From Candidatus Magasanikiibacteriota bacterium (GTDB taxonomy: Bacteria; Patescibacteriota; Patescibacteriia; Magasanikbacterales; UBA922): a stretch of 64,000 nucleotides of DNA. Of the stretch, positions 16,382 through 25,568 are shown one piece after another. Location: positions 129,236 through 193,235 of the forward strand of contig JBAYJP010000003.1 of assembly GCA_041665025.1 (NCBI GenBank), written 5' to 3'. Each line of letters opens with the position of its first letter. The stretch's first letter is position 1. A model generated the notes under the pieces. The model did not search any database and was not told where the DNA came from. It saw nothing but the letters and a program-made list of their open reading frames with translations. The position numbers and the translations under genes were made by a program.

Positions 16382-16687
16382 TTACTTTTTAAACTTACTC
16401 CACTGCGCCTTTACGACTTTTTCAACCATATCGCGCACACTATCTACTAAATCATTTTCAACAGCATATTTATTTACTACTTCTTCGACCATCTTATAAT
16501 ATTTGCTCTTGGTCATGGTCTTCCACTGGTCTGACGCCGTAACCTTTTGTTTTACTTCCTCATACACATCTGCTGCATAATCAAGCATTTTTTCGCGTAC
16601 TTCCTTGCCTTTTTTAGTTACGTTAAGCCACATAAGGCCTGCACCGAGCAACCCTCCTAAAAATAAACCCTTTTTAAATGTACCCAT
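16382..16687 (-). CDS. YtxH-like small protein
   Basis: GLFLGGLLGAG TM followed by KKGKEVRE and a helical tail. Confidence 0.75.
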   Translation of the reverse strand: MGTFKKGLFLGGLLGAGLMWLNVTKKGKEVREKMLDYAADVYEEVKQKVTASDQWKTMTKSKYYKMVEEVVNKYAVENDLVDSVRDMVEKVVKAQWSKFKK

Positions 16688-16693
16688 ATATCT

Positions 16694-16756
16694 AAGTTAA
16701 AAGTTATAAAGTTTATAAAGTCATAAAGTACTTTATGACTCTTGAACTCTAAAACT
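16694..16756. repeat. AAAGTTAT-type mirror array
   Basis: AAGTTAAAAGTTATAAAGTTTATAAAGTCATAAAGT / ACTTTATGACTCTTGAACTCTAAAACT. Confidence 0.7.
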
Positions 16757-16777
16757 GTAGGGAGTATACCAAATTCC

Positions 16778-17974
16778 TTATTCTCCGACAAGCTCTTTAT
16801 AAATCATTTCAAGCCCTCCGGCAATATTGTCCCAGCTGTATTCCTCGGCCGTTTTACGGACAGAAACACTCCATTCTTTTCTATTATTAGTATTTGAAAA
16901 AAAATGTGAAACTGCATTGGCCAAATCAACTGGATCATTTGGTTTTACGACAACTCCACCTTCACGAGCAATGGTACGAACCCCTGGCAAATCACTAGCT
17001 ACGACGGGAACCCCGCTTGCCATTGCCTCAAGCAAGACCATACCAAAGGCCTCACCACGCGTCGTAGAGGGCAACACAAGCAGGTCTGCCATATTATAGT
17101 GATAGGGAAGCCCTTCATCGCTCACACGGCCCACAAAACGAACCAAAGGACCTAAACCAAGCCCTGTTGCCTGTGCAATAAATCCCTGTCGCAGTTCCCC
17201 ATCACCCACACATACAGCCTGGCACGGTAGACCCATTTCCTTAAGCAAAAACAACGCCTTAAGCAAAACAGGAATACCTTTAAAATAATGTGGTTTGTCC
17301 ATCCCTCCAACAAATAGAATTACCGGGGCAGTATGATCAAGCCCATATCGCTTAAATAAATTTTCAGGAAGTTCACGGGGCTGAAAACGTTCAGTATCAA
17401 TGCCAAAAGGAACTTCTATCCACTTACCTTCCATTTCTTTTTCTGTAGAGAGCAGAGCTGCATCGCTTGATTTGATATAATCAAATGAACTTGCAATAAC
17501 CGCGTCTGCACTATGCAAAATCTTCGGCATCCAATATTTGGCATAATATTTAAAAATCAAACCTTTCAAACCATCACCCCGCGTATCCATGTGGTATGTA
17601 ATAACAAGAGGCTTTTCCGGATGGCGCAATTTCCATTTTCGGACAATATTTGCCGTGCCAAAAAAAGGATAGTGCAAATGCACAACATCAAAATCATCGA
17701 GTTCGCGTGAAACCTGTGGCATATACGCCGCATTGCCATAACTTATGGGAGTTTCAAGGCGCGAAGCAAAGTCAATTCGTTCCTGCAAATCTTCTTCGTG
17801 CGTTCGTGCTGGAGGAGCTTCTTCTGATTTTATTTCTTTTGGTTCATAATAATTAGGTGTAAAGACCTCTACTTCATGCCCTAAGTTTGCTAAGTGAGAT
17901 GCCATTTCAAACACAACATTACCCATACCGCTATAATATGGGGGATATGTGCAGACAATGTGGGCGATACGCAT
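16778..17974 (-). CDS. Glycosyltransferase family 4
   Basis: EAFGMVLLEAMASGVPVVASD motif, GT-B fold. Confidence 0.93.
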   Translation of the reverse strand: MRIAHIVCTYPPYYSGMGNVVFEMASHLANLGHEVEVFTPNYYEPKEIKSEEAPPARTHEEDLQERIDFASRLETPISYGNAAYMPQVSRELDDFDVVHLHYPFFGTANIVRKWKLRHPEKPLVITYHMDTRGDGLKGLIFKYYAKYWMPKILHSADAVIASSFDYIKSSDAALLSTEKEMEGKWIEVPFGIDTERFQPRELPENLFKRYGLDHTAPVILFVGGMDKPHYFKGIPVLLKALFLLKEMGLPCQAVCVGDGELRQGFIAQATGLGLGPLVRFVGRVSDEGLPYHYNMADLLVLPSTTRGEAFGMVLLEAMASGVPVVASDLPGVRTIAREGGVVVKPNDPVDLANAVSHFFSNTNNRKEWSVSVRKTAEEYSWDNIAGGLEMIYKELVGE

Positions 17975-18066
17975 AACGACAAAGATTAAAAGATTGCAAG
18001 ATTGAAAGATTACGACTTGCCACCACCAAACCTTGAGAAAGTAAAAAAATGTAAAAATGTAACAAT

Positions 18067-18402
18067 TTAACCATTTTCCGCGTCTTCCAATGCCTTATCC
18101 CTCACGACTTTCGTCAAATCTCTCTTCAGCCCTTCAATCTTAATATTCATTCTAAATATAATATAAAATAGCAACGCCAATGCAATATATATAACTACGT
18201 CAACACCGCGGCCGATGCCAATATGATCCGCAATAATTTGCAAGCCATTCGGCCAAAGTACTGCGGCCGAGACTGCAACCCAAAACAAAAACCAGAATGC
18301 CGTACCTTTGGGACCAAGCAGTCCTTCTCTCTTTTTGCTTATTACACCGATTATGGCGAACAAAGAAAAAATGACAACGAGAATTTGAAATAATATAAGC
18401 AT
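18067..18402 (-). CDS. DUF2304-like membrane protein
   Basis: Three TMs, GIGRGVD, C-terminal LTKVVR; near a DPM1-like GT2 gene. Confidence 0.8.
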   Translation of the reverse strand: MLILFQILVVIFSLFAIIGVISKKREGLLGPKGTAFWFLFWVAVSAAVLWPNGLQIIADHIGIGRGVDVVIYIALALLFYIIFRMNIKIEGLKRDLTKVVRDKALEDAENG

Positions 18403-18414
18403 ATATAATATAAA

Positions 18415-19023
18415 TTAACGGACATGGAAATAAAATGTTGCGTTCCCCCAACTCATGGTATATTTTTTTGATGCATATACTGAAAATCCAGGAAGATCAT
18501 ACGTTGCCGTAATGATAATACTTCCGGGCTTCAAACTAGATAATTTTTCAGAGAGCTTGGCCATGAGTTCCTCGCCAAAACAAGTAGACTGAATGAAGAC
18601 AACATCCGCATCAGATACATTATAGGAAAAAAAATCGCCATTATGCAATATTACTTTCGTCTCTTTACGAGAAGGAAATAACGTGGGACTTTCATCAATA
18701 AAATCAGACAATACGCCGGTAGCAATCTTATGGAGATCTGTCAGGATCTCAACACCGCACACCTTTTCAAAATTACCGAGCAATACAGCAGCAAGTACTG
18801 CCTTGCCAATCCCCGATCCAAGATCATAAAATACCTTGTGTTGTGCTGTCAGCGGAATATCCCTGAACATCTCAAAAAAACTATCCAGTAGGATTTCGCC
18901 GTACGTCAACGGACGATCTGGCGACTTGAGACGCTGGGGAGAAGCATACGCGGCCGTATATCCGTCAGTCCCTGAAAAAAAATGGTTGAATACGGTCGTC
19001 ACATATGTATCTAACTGTGGCAT
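18415..19023 (-). CDS. DOT1-like SAM-dependent methyltransferase
   Basis: TYGEI, FYDLGSGIGKAV, GVEI, GDFF, ADVVFIQSTCF and MSW motifs. Confidence 0.7.
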   Translation of the reverse strand: MPQLDTYVTTVFNHFFSGTDGYTAAYASPQRLKSPDRPLTYGEILLDSFFEMFRDIPLTAQHKVFYDLGSGIGKAVLAAVLLGNFEKVCGVEILTDLHKIATGVLSDFIDESPTLFPSRKETKVILHNGDFFSYNVSDADVVFIQSTCFGEELMAKLSEKLSSLKPGSIIITATYDLPGFSVYASKKYTMSWGNATFYFHVR

Positions 19024-19042
19024 ATTAATGTATGTGTATTCA

Positions 19043-19711
19043 TTATTTCAAAAAATTTTTCCACAATAAATCTTTGATGATACCAATACCCGATCTCAAC
19101 CCTTGCCCATACTCATGATACGTTACAACCACCGGAAATTCTATAAATTTTAATTTATTTTTTTTAACAAGAGAAATAATTTCAGTCGCGTGAGCCATGC
19201 CATCTTGGCGTATCCCCACACAATCCAAAGCCCGTTTATTCAAAATACGAAAACCATTATGCACGTCGCTTAGTTGCAAACCTCCAAACAACTTATTTAC
19301 AAAACGTCCAACTGACAACAATATAATTTTTTTAAATAACGGCATGTTTGATTTTTTTCCCAAAAAACGCGAACCAAACAGCATATCAGCCTCTGCAAAT
19401 TTTAATTGCTCCAATGCGGGTTTAATATCGGAGACGTCAAATTGTCCGTCCGCGTCAAAATGCAGTACATAATGAGCCTCCGTAATTCTTGCGTACTCAT
19501 CTCCAGTCTCTAGCGCCGCCCCCTGTCCGCGATTTATTGCATGTCGTAAAACAAAAGCTCCTGAATGTTGTGCTATTTCGCTTGTGGCATCAGATGACCC
19601 GTCATCTACGACAACTACCTTGTCTACATGTGCCAAAAGATCCCGCACTACGGGACCAATTATTTTTTCTTCATTATAGGCAGGAACAATAGCGATAAAC
19701 ATAATGTTCAC
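19043..19711 (-). CDS. Glycosyltransferase family 2 (DPM1-like)
   Basis: PAYNEE, VVDDGSSD, NRGQGAA, DADGQ and GSRF motifs. Confidence 0.92.
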   Translation of the reverse strand: MNIMFIAIVPAYNEEKIIGPVVRDLLAHVDKVVVVDDGSSDATSEIAQHSGAFVLRHAINRGQGAALETGDEYARITEAHYVLHFDADGQFDVSDIKPALEQLKFAEADMLFGSRFLGKKSNMPLFKKIILLSVGRFVNKLFGGLQLSDVHNGFRILNKRALDCVGIRQDGMAHATEIISLVKKNKLKFIEFPVVVTYHEYGQGLRSGIGIIKDLLWKNFLK

Positions 19712-19732
19712 AGTGCTGTCGTGCTCAAGTGC

Positions 19733-20764
19733 TTAAGTGCCTGAGTGATTCATGAGCAATGTTTCTTTATTTGCAAGCGTGTAATCTATAGTACGTCTCA
19801 GCCCTTCTTCCAAGCGGATGAGCGGAAGCCAGCCCAGTTGTTCTTTTGCGCGATACAAATTAGGAATACCTTTCTTGGTCAAAAATACCAATGGCTCCTC
19901 AAAAGTAATGCGCGAAGTCGAATGTGTCATATCAATAATTTTTTGAGCCACGTCAACCATGCGCAAAGACTCGTCGGAACCTAAATTTACGACTGGAACC
20001 TCGGGTCCGGTACCCATGAGCCGCACAACGCCATCAATCACATCAGTCACAAAACATAACGGCTGAAACAATGTTTCATCGCCATAAATCACTAAGTCTT
20101 TTCCGTCAAGAGCGCTCAAAATAAAATCTGGAATAAGCAAACCATCCCTCAATTTCATGCGCGGTCCGTATGTGGTAAATATGCGTGCTACTTTGGCGTC
20201 CAAACCATATACTTGCCGATACGTCTCTACGCATGTTTCTGCAAAACGCTTGCCTTCGTCATAACAACCACGCGGAGACAAATGGTTGACTAACCCCTCT
20301 TCTTCTTCGCTGAATATATTATCTTCTGCGGTCGGCTCTCCATATACTACAGAACTCGAAGCAAAGACATATTTTGCACGATATTCCACTGCCAAATCAA
20401 GCGTATTGAGCATGGCACGTGAATTTGCCCACAAAGACTGAATTTTATGTTGTTCAAAATCTTTGGGACTTGTGGGGCATGCAAAATGGTAAATTTCCTG
20501 TACGCCTTGAAACTGTACTTTAAATTTTTCAAGTTCAGGAAAATGCGCCAGATCAATTGGCTGGTTCACATCATATTTGATAAATTCAAAATCCGGATAT
20601 TGCAATAAATGCTGAATATTCTGGATATGGGAATTGGACAAATCATCCATACAAATTACTTTTGCTTCTTGCAAAAGCCGTTCGCACAAATGAGAACCCA
20701 AAAATCCAGCACCACCAGTAACCAATACATTTTTCTTTTCAAAAATAGGAGTATCGTTGAGCAT
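19733..20764 (-). CDS. NAD-dependent epimerase/dehydratase, UDP-glucuronate decarboxylase-like
   Basis: GGAGFLGSH, HFACPTSP, CYDEGKR and RIFTTYGP motifs. Confidence 0.88.
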   Translation of the reverse strand: MLNDTPIFEKKNVLVTGGAGFLGSHLCERLLQEAKVICMDDLSNSHIQNIQHLLQYPDFEFIKYDVNQPIDLAHFPELEKFKVQFQGVQEIYHFACPTSPKDFEQHKIQSLWANSRAMLNTLDLAVEYRAKYVFASSSVVYGEPTAEDNIFSEEEEGLVNHLSPRGCYDEGKRFAETCVETYRQVYGLDAKVARIFTTYGPRMKLRDGLLIPDFILSALDGKDLVIYGDETLFQPLCFVTDVIDGVVRLMGTGPEVPVVNLGSDESLRMVDVAQKIIDMTHSTSRITFEEPLVFLTKKGIPNLYRAKEQLGWLPLIRLEEGLRRTIDYTLANKETLLMNHSGT

Positions 20765-20771
20765 AAAAAAT

Positions 20772-20873
20772 AAGTTATAAAGTTATAATGTTGAAAGTTA
20801 TAAAGTTGAAAGTTATAAAGTCTTCATTTTACATTCGAAACTTTATAACATAAAAACTTTATAACTTGGAACT
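20772..20873. repeat. AAAGTTAT-type mirror array
   Basis: AAGTTATAAAGTTATAATGTTGAAAGTTATAAAGTTGAAAGTTATAAAGT ... ACTTTATAACATAAAAACTTTATAACTT. Confidence 0.75.
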
Positions 20874-22934
20874 TCAATACAACGCTTCAACCAATATTCT
20901 CCCTTTCTCCCTCGATCCAAAAGGCCACCAGGAACCCTGAGATTCACCTTTGTACGAATACTGCCGGATGGCTTGGCCACTGCCCTGCGGTACTACAATA
21001 ATATCACTTATACCATTGTTATCATAATCAGCTATTGCAATACGAATTCCAGCCTTAAACTGAGGACCATACGCATGAAAATTACTTAATTCTTTTCCAT
21101 CAGATGTATATACTTGTACATGTGCAGTTTTACCTTCACGCGTACCAAACACATATTCTGCCACTCCATCACCAGTCACGTCACCCGCAGACATAAATGC
21201 ACCGTTAAAATTTTGAATAGTAAATTCTTTTTGTTTTTCAAAATATCCATTTAAAATCTCGACATACGTATTACCATCATCTTTTATATACGCAAGCCCA
21301 ATATCATCTTTCCCACTTGCTGTATTTGCAATATTCACAATCGAAGCACCGTAGTGTGTAGTATCAAATATGTATGAATCAATACCTCGGCCTTTGGTTG
21401 AAAACACTAATAGCGCAGTTTTGTGTGTAGTGTATGGAGCTACGATAACTTCAGGTTCATCATCTCCTATAATATCTCCTACTGAAATAGAAAGCGGTCC
21501 AGTACTCTCTACGCGCCATTCATACATTTTTCGCCAAAATTCAGTATATATGGCAATTCCGCGCTCCGTTTCACTCAGGCGGTACGTGGTCGCATAACGA
21601 ATTGCTCCGTCTGTATCAATATAACGTTCGATATCGTCTATATCAACAAGTACCTGTTTACTGCCAGTTGGTATTTCGTCATATACGCCAAACGTACGTT
21701 TTTCAAATGTGCCATCAAGAGGCGCAAAAAATAATAATTTGTGTGCTAGTGACGAGGCAGAATTATTTGTTGTAGGCATTTTTGGAATGGTATTTTGATT
21801 TTGAGAAGGAAAAGAATTTCCCAACTGTTCAGATGCATATTTTACTGCCTTGTCTATTTGCAACAATCCTGCGCCAAATAAATTTGCATAGGCAACTTCA
21901 TCCTGGCTCGGTGTATGGTGAACATTTTTTAAAATAGCAGAATAGATATCTACTGCCTTCCAATTCGGCTGAATACTTTTAATCAAAGCTGCAGCCCCGC
22001 TCACAAATGGTGTAGAAAATGATGTCCCATTCCACCCCGTACCATATGTCTCCAAAAGACCATCGGATGGAGAATACAAAATAGTCGAATTGATATTCAC
22101 GCCAGGAGCGGTTACATCAATACATTTTGATCCTATGTTAGAAAATTGAGCTAAATAATGTTCATAATTAATGGCGCTCACTCCTATAATTTGTTCATAC
22201 CCCGAGGCCCCATCGCTACAGACAGGATACATGGGGTATGTATTCAAATCAAACATATTATTTCCAGCAGCACTGACCACCACAACTCCTTTGCCATAGG
22301 CATATAAAATAGCTCTATCAATATTTTCCTGTTCACCACTTCCTACCATACTAATATTAACTACATCAGCCCCGTTGTCAACGGCATAGTAAATGGCATT
22401 TGCCAAAGGTGCCAATTCTCCTGTACCATCATTTCCTATAACTTTCAAATTCATAAGCTTGACATGCCAATTTATACCAGCACCTTCTCGACCATTATTG
22501 CCTGAAGCACCAATAATACCCGCAACCACTGTTCCGTGACTAAAGATGCCCTCTTTTTTTTCATTATCAGATAACCCAATAGTACTTGGACGAGAATCGT
22601 TGTCATTATCCAAAAAATTCCAACCATGTATGTCATCAGTATATCCATTATGGTCATCGTCAACTCCATTATTTGCAATTTCGCCTTCATTTACCCACAC
22701 GTTGTCGCGCAAATCAGGATGAAATGTGTCAAAACCATTGTCAATAACAGCAACAACTACGTCTGAAGAGCCGGTGGTATAATCCCACGCACTATAGACT
22801 CCAACATCTTTAAAACCCCACTGTTCATAAAAAGGATCATTTGGTGTTTTTGCGTATGCAGAAATAGGAGACAAAAAAAATATTATTAATGAAATAAGGA
22901 TTATTAATTTAAATTTTAAGTTTTTTTCTTGCAT
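20874..22934 (-). CDS. Secreted S8 (subtilisin-like) peptidase with C-terminal FG-GAP-like repeats
   Basis: Signal peptide; VAVIDNG, HGTVVAG and GTSFS triad; GDVTGDG and DYDNNG repeats. Confidence 0.9.
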   Translation of the reverse strand: MQEKNLKFKLIILISLIIFFLSPISAYAKTPNDPFYEQWGFKDVGVYSAWDYTTGSSDVVVAVIDNGFDTFHPDLRDNVWVNEGEIANNGVDDDHNGYTDDIHGWNFLDNDNDSRPSTIGLSDNEKKEGIFSHGTVVAGIIGASGNNGREGAGINWHVKLMNLKVIGNDGTGELAPLANAIYYAVDNGADVVNISMVGSGEQENIDRAILYAYGKGVVVVSAAGNNMFDLNTYPMYPVCSDGASGYEQIIGVSAINYEHYLAQFSNIGSKCIDVTAPGVNINSTILYSPSDGLLETYGTGWNGTSFSTPFVSGAAALIKSIQPNWKAVDIYSAILKNVHHTPSQDEVAYANLFGAGLLQIDKAVKYASEQLGNSFPSQNQNTIPKMPTTNNSASSLAHKLLFFAPLDGTFEKRTFGVYDEIPTGSKQVLVDIDDIERYIDTDGAIRYATTYRLSETERGIAIYTEFWRKMYEWRVESTGPLSISVGDIIGDDEPEVIVAPYTTHKTALLVFSTKGRGIDSYIFDTTHYGASIVNIANTASGKDDIGLAYIKDDGNTYVEILNGYFEKQKEFTIQNFNGAFMSAGDVTGDGVAEYVFGTREGKTAHVQVYTSDGKELSNFHAYGPQFKAGIRIAIADYDNNGISDIIVVPQGSGQAIRQYSYKGESQGSWWPFGSREKGRILVEALY

Positions 22935-23162
22935 AGGATAAACTCATACACTCGTATACTAGCAACTAGTTACGAATTACTAGTTACCGTATGGGCTTTA
23001 ATGTATTAACTGAAAAACAAACAATCTCTTATTCTAAATACAACAAGATAACATGACTTGTTTTTTTCTCTTATTTGTGCTATATTATTTGTGTTTATAG
23101 TATATCAAAAAAAGATAAAAAAACCAATATTCTGCGTTTATTCAGCCTAGGTCAGCGTCGAT

Positions 23163-24551
23163 ATGAAGCATCTCTACCGATTTAAACAACTTATTCTGGC
23201 AACAGGAGACGTAAGCGTATTTTTCATTGCATTTTGTCTGAGCTTGGTTATACGCTATGCCGGCATACCTTCTTTTGAGCTTATTACCAAAAATATCCAG
23301 GCTTTTTTCTTTGCATTTTTATTATGGATTGTCGTGAACTATATAAACGGTCTCTACGATGTTCGCCTTATTCATAGCGACGGAAGATACAAACGAATCA
23401 TAGAAGCCGCATTATTTTCTCTTATTGTAGGTGTTATATTCTTTTATATCCGTCCTGATCGAGATATTACACCAAAGACAATTCTTATCCTTACCGTAAT
23501 TATTGGTTATACTTTCGCTGCCTTATGGAGAATACTGTACAATTCGCTCATTGGAGACAAAAAATTACAAACGTCGGTCATCTTTGTGGGAATTATCGAA
23601 GAAACAAATGAACTCATACAAATTCTAAATAAAGAAAAAAATATCGGGTATTATGTTCCTGCGATATTTGATATAAGTGGACAATGGAAAAGTAGCGCGA
23701 CTTTTGATATAGAAATGTACCATGATGTATCTCAGCTCGAGAATGCCATAAAAAAATATAGACCGCAAGTCATCGTAACAAGTGCTGAAGCAGGCAATAA
23801 TGCCCAGGTTGTAAAAACGCTCTACCATTTATTATTTTCCTCTATTGTACTTACTGATTTATTTTCATTTTATGAAACAGTAACTGGGCGTATTTCACCT
23901 GCAACATTTTCCGAAAGTTGGTTTCTCAAAAATATCCGCAGCGCTGACCGCCCGGTATATGACAAACTACGCCGACTTATTGATATTATTATAGCAAGCG
24001 CCCTGAGCTTCGTCTTGGGACTTATACTTATCATAATAGCCCCACTTATCAAATTAACTTCAAAAGGGCCACTATTTTTCAAACAAGAACGCATAGGACA
24101 AAACGGAAAACTATTTTGGATATATAAATTGCGCACTATGCATGTGCTTTCAAAAGATGGTAGTGCAGAAACTGCAGGTTTTGAATTTGCAAAAAAGGAC
24201 GATAAACGAATTACACCTATTGGAAAAATGCTCAGAAAAAGTAGGATTGATGAGCTTCCACAAGTTCTTAATTTATTCAAAGGAGACATTACATTCATTG
24301 GCCCTCGCCCTGAACGTCCAGAAATAGTTGAAAAACTGACAGAGCATATGCCATACTACCCTTTGCGTGAAACAGTAAAACCCGGCATCACTGGCTGGGC
24401 ACAGATTCACCAACATTATACCGACACATTGGAAACGTCATTGCAAAAACTACAATACGATCTTTTTTATATAAAAAACAGATCCTTCTTATTGGATCTG
24501 TCTATACTTCTCAAAACAATTAATGTGGTGATGAGGGGGATGGGACAATAA
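23163..24551 (+). CDS. Polyprenyl glycosylphosphotransferase (WbaP/WcaJ family priming transferase)
   Basis: Four N-terminal TMs; KLRTM, DELPQ, GPRPERP and KPGITGWAQ motifs. Confidence 0.94.
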   Translation: MKHLYRFKQLILATGDVSVFFIAFCLSLVIRYAGIPSFELITKNIQAFFFAFLLWIVVNYINGLYDVRLIHSDGRYKRIIEAALFSLIVGVIFFYIRPDRDITPKTILILTVIIGYTFAALWRILYNSLIGDKKLQTSVIFVGIIEETNELIQILNKEKNIGYYVPAIFDISGQWKSSATFDIEMYHDVSQLENAIKKYRPQVIVTSAEAGNNAQVVKTLYHLLFSSIVLTDLFSFYETVTGRISPATFSESWFLKNIRSADRPVYDKLRRLIDIIIASALSFVLGLILIIIAPLIKLTSKGPLFFKQERIGQNGKLFWIYKLRTMHVLSKDGSAETAGFEFAKKDDKRITPIGKMLRKSRIDELPQVLNLFKGDITFIGPRPERPEIVEKLTEHMPYYPLRETVKPGITGWAQIHQHYTDTLETSLQKLQYDLFYIKNRSFLLDLSILLKTINVVMRGMGQ

Positions 24552-24553
24552 GC

Positions 24554-24630
24554 ATGTACGAAATTCGAAAACTGCGAAAGGTACGGAAAAATGTATTTCG
24601 GATATTTCGTAGTTTTCGAATTTCGTACAT
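24554..24630. repeat. ~75 bp palindromic dispersed repeat, copy 3
   Basis: ATGTACGAAATTCGAAAACTGCGAAAGGTACGG ... TTCGTAGTTTTCGAATTTCGTACAT, filling the gap between convergent stop codons. Confidence 0.9.
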
Positions 24631-25538
24631 TATTCTATTCCCCATTCTTTCTTCAGCTCTTTAATCCCGTCTTCAAGTGTAATCGTCGGCTCCCAATCAA
24701 GGAGCTGTTTTGCTTTTGAAATATCAGCATTGGTCATACGTGGATCACCTGCGCGTGGATTCACAAATACATACTCCCCACCTATCAACTTCGCAAGTTC
24801 ATTTACTGAATGCGGACTATTATTCCCAATATTAATAACTTCTCCTCTCCCGACGTTCTTTGATGTCATAGCCGCGATATTTGCTCGCACAACATCTTGT
24901 ACATGAGTGTAATCGCGATAATATTCCCCATCTCCACATATAGTCATAGGTTTGCCTTCTTTTCTTTGCTTCAGAAACTTACCAATGACAAGCGCGTACG
25001 CTCCCTCGGGATCCATATATGGACCATAGATATTGAAGTAACGCAAAGAAACTGCTTCAAAGCTATACAACTGAGCGAATAGACGACAATATTCTTCTCC
25101 AATAAATTTTTGTAAACCATATGGACTCAAGGGTTTTGCTTTCATTGTTTCAACAAGCGGCATGACAGCCTGATCTCCATATGCAGAAGATGAAGCACTA
25201 TATACCAGACGTTTAACTCCTGCGTCACGAGCTGCTACGAGTACATTAAGCGTACCGGTCACGTTCACATGATTAGTCTCTTGCGGATGCTCTACTGAAT
25301 ACGGCATGCGTGGCACTGCGGCTAAATGAAAAACGCCGTCAACATTTTTCATCGCATTGCTCAAACTATTCATATCATTTATGTCACCCTCAATATATTC
25401 AGCCCTATCCTGCATGCGATCAGAAAACTTACCGCTCGAGTAATTATCAAACACACGAACTACGTGCCCATCTGTCAACAACTGTCTCACTACGTTTGTC
25501 CCAACAAATCCAGCGCCTCCCGTAACTAAGTAATGCAT
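24630..25538 (-). CDS. NAD-dependent UDP-sugar 4-epimerase (WbpP-like)
   Basis: GGAGFVG, ASSSAYG, SPYGLQK and LRYFNIYGP motifs. Confidence 0.88.
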   Translation of the reverse strand: MHYLVTGGAGFVGTNVVRQLLTDGHVVRVFDNYSSGKFSDRMQDRAEYIEGDINDMNSLSNAMKNVDGVFHLAAVPRMPYSVEHPQETNHVNVTGTLNVLVAARDAGVKRLVYSASSSAYGDQAVMPLVETMKAKPLSPYGLQKFIGEEYCRLFAQLYSFEAVSLRYFNIYGPYMDPEGAYALVIGKFLKQRKEGKPMTICGDGEYYRDYTHVQDVVRANIAAMTSKNVGRGEVINIGNNSPHSVNELAKLIGGEYVFVNPRAGDPRMTNADISKAKQLLDWEPTITLEDGIKELKKEWGIE

Positions 25539-25568
25539 ATAAAGTTACATAAATTAAAAACCTAAAAA

